DNA of 63,806 nucleotides, counting the filler, from Stramenopiles sp. TOSAG23-6 (taxonomy: Eukaryota): the NCBI GenBank assembly GCA_900128565.1. It is 18 parts of 18 records of this genome, joined end to end, with 100 filler letters (N's around TTAATTAATTAA, not from the genome) between each part and the next. Parts side by side here need not be neighbours in the genome. Positions count along the whole stretch, not along the records: positions 60,370 to 63,806 come from LT637505.1; 17 more parts are not named here. The stretch is one strand, 5' to 3'. The translations under genes and the position numbers were made by a program. Positions 63,724-63,806 of the stretch are shown one piece after another. The notes under the pieces are model-generated. The model worked only from the letters and a program-made list of their open reading frames with translations, did not search any database and was not told the DNA's origin. Within the stretch, counting starts at the first letter, position 1. Every line of letters begins with the position of its first letter.

Positions 63724-63806
63724 ATGTATTTTGGAAAAATATTTTAAAATTTTTTTACCAAAAAAAAAAAAATTGTTAGGTACAAAATTTCGTACGAAAA
63801 AAAAAT

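Noticed and set aside
643-63806. Alternative genetic code explaining ORF breaks
   Set aside because: Breaks coincide with intron modules and frame changes; TAA, TAG and TGA all end genes normally.

Overview
This window is not a contiguous locus. It is a pseudo-scaffold of 18 short contigs (~3.45 kb each) from an AT-rich eukaryote, joined by N-TTAATTAATTAA-N linkers. The rDNA looks stramenopile-like (inference). Three contigs occur twice and one carries a fold-back, which is typical of single-cell/MDA assemblies. Genes include xylulokinase, a polycystin/TRPP channel, a TTLL polyglutamylase, DRS1/DDX27, a cytidylyltransferase, CWC22, syntaxin-18, PRP16, a PqiA-like protein, C2/EF-hand/UIM proteins, a DUF2817 (M14-like) peptidase, a U-box protein and an ABC-F protein, plus 18S-5.8S-28S and 5S rRNA. 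Main discovery: most introns do not end in AG. They share one stereotyped architecture: GTAYGT donor, poly-T, the palindromic module TTTCRTACGAAATTTTGTACCTAAC (branch site), GAAATATTTTTC, then AATAYAN. Reading frame and conserved protein motifs place the 3' splice site at AT in most cases, at AA or AC once each, and at AG in a minority. This suggests a genome-wide GT-AN intron system, possibly Introner-derived, with a relaxed terminal nucleotide. It is inferred from DNA only and needs transcript confirmation.
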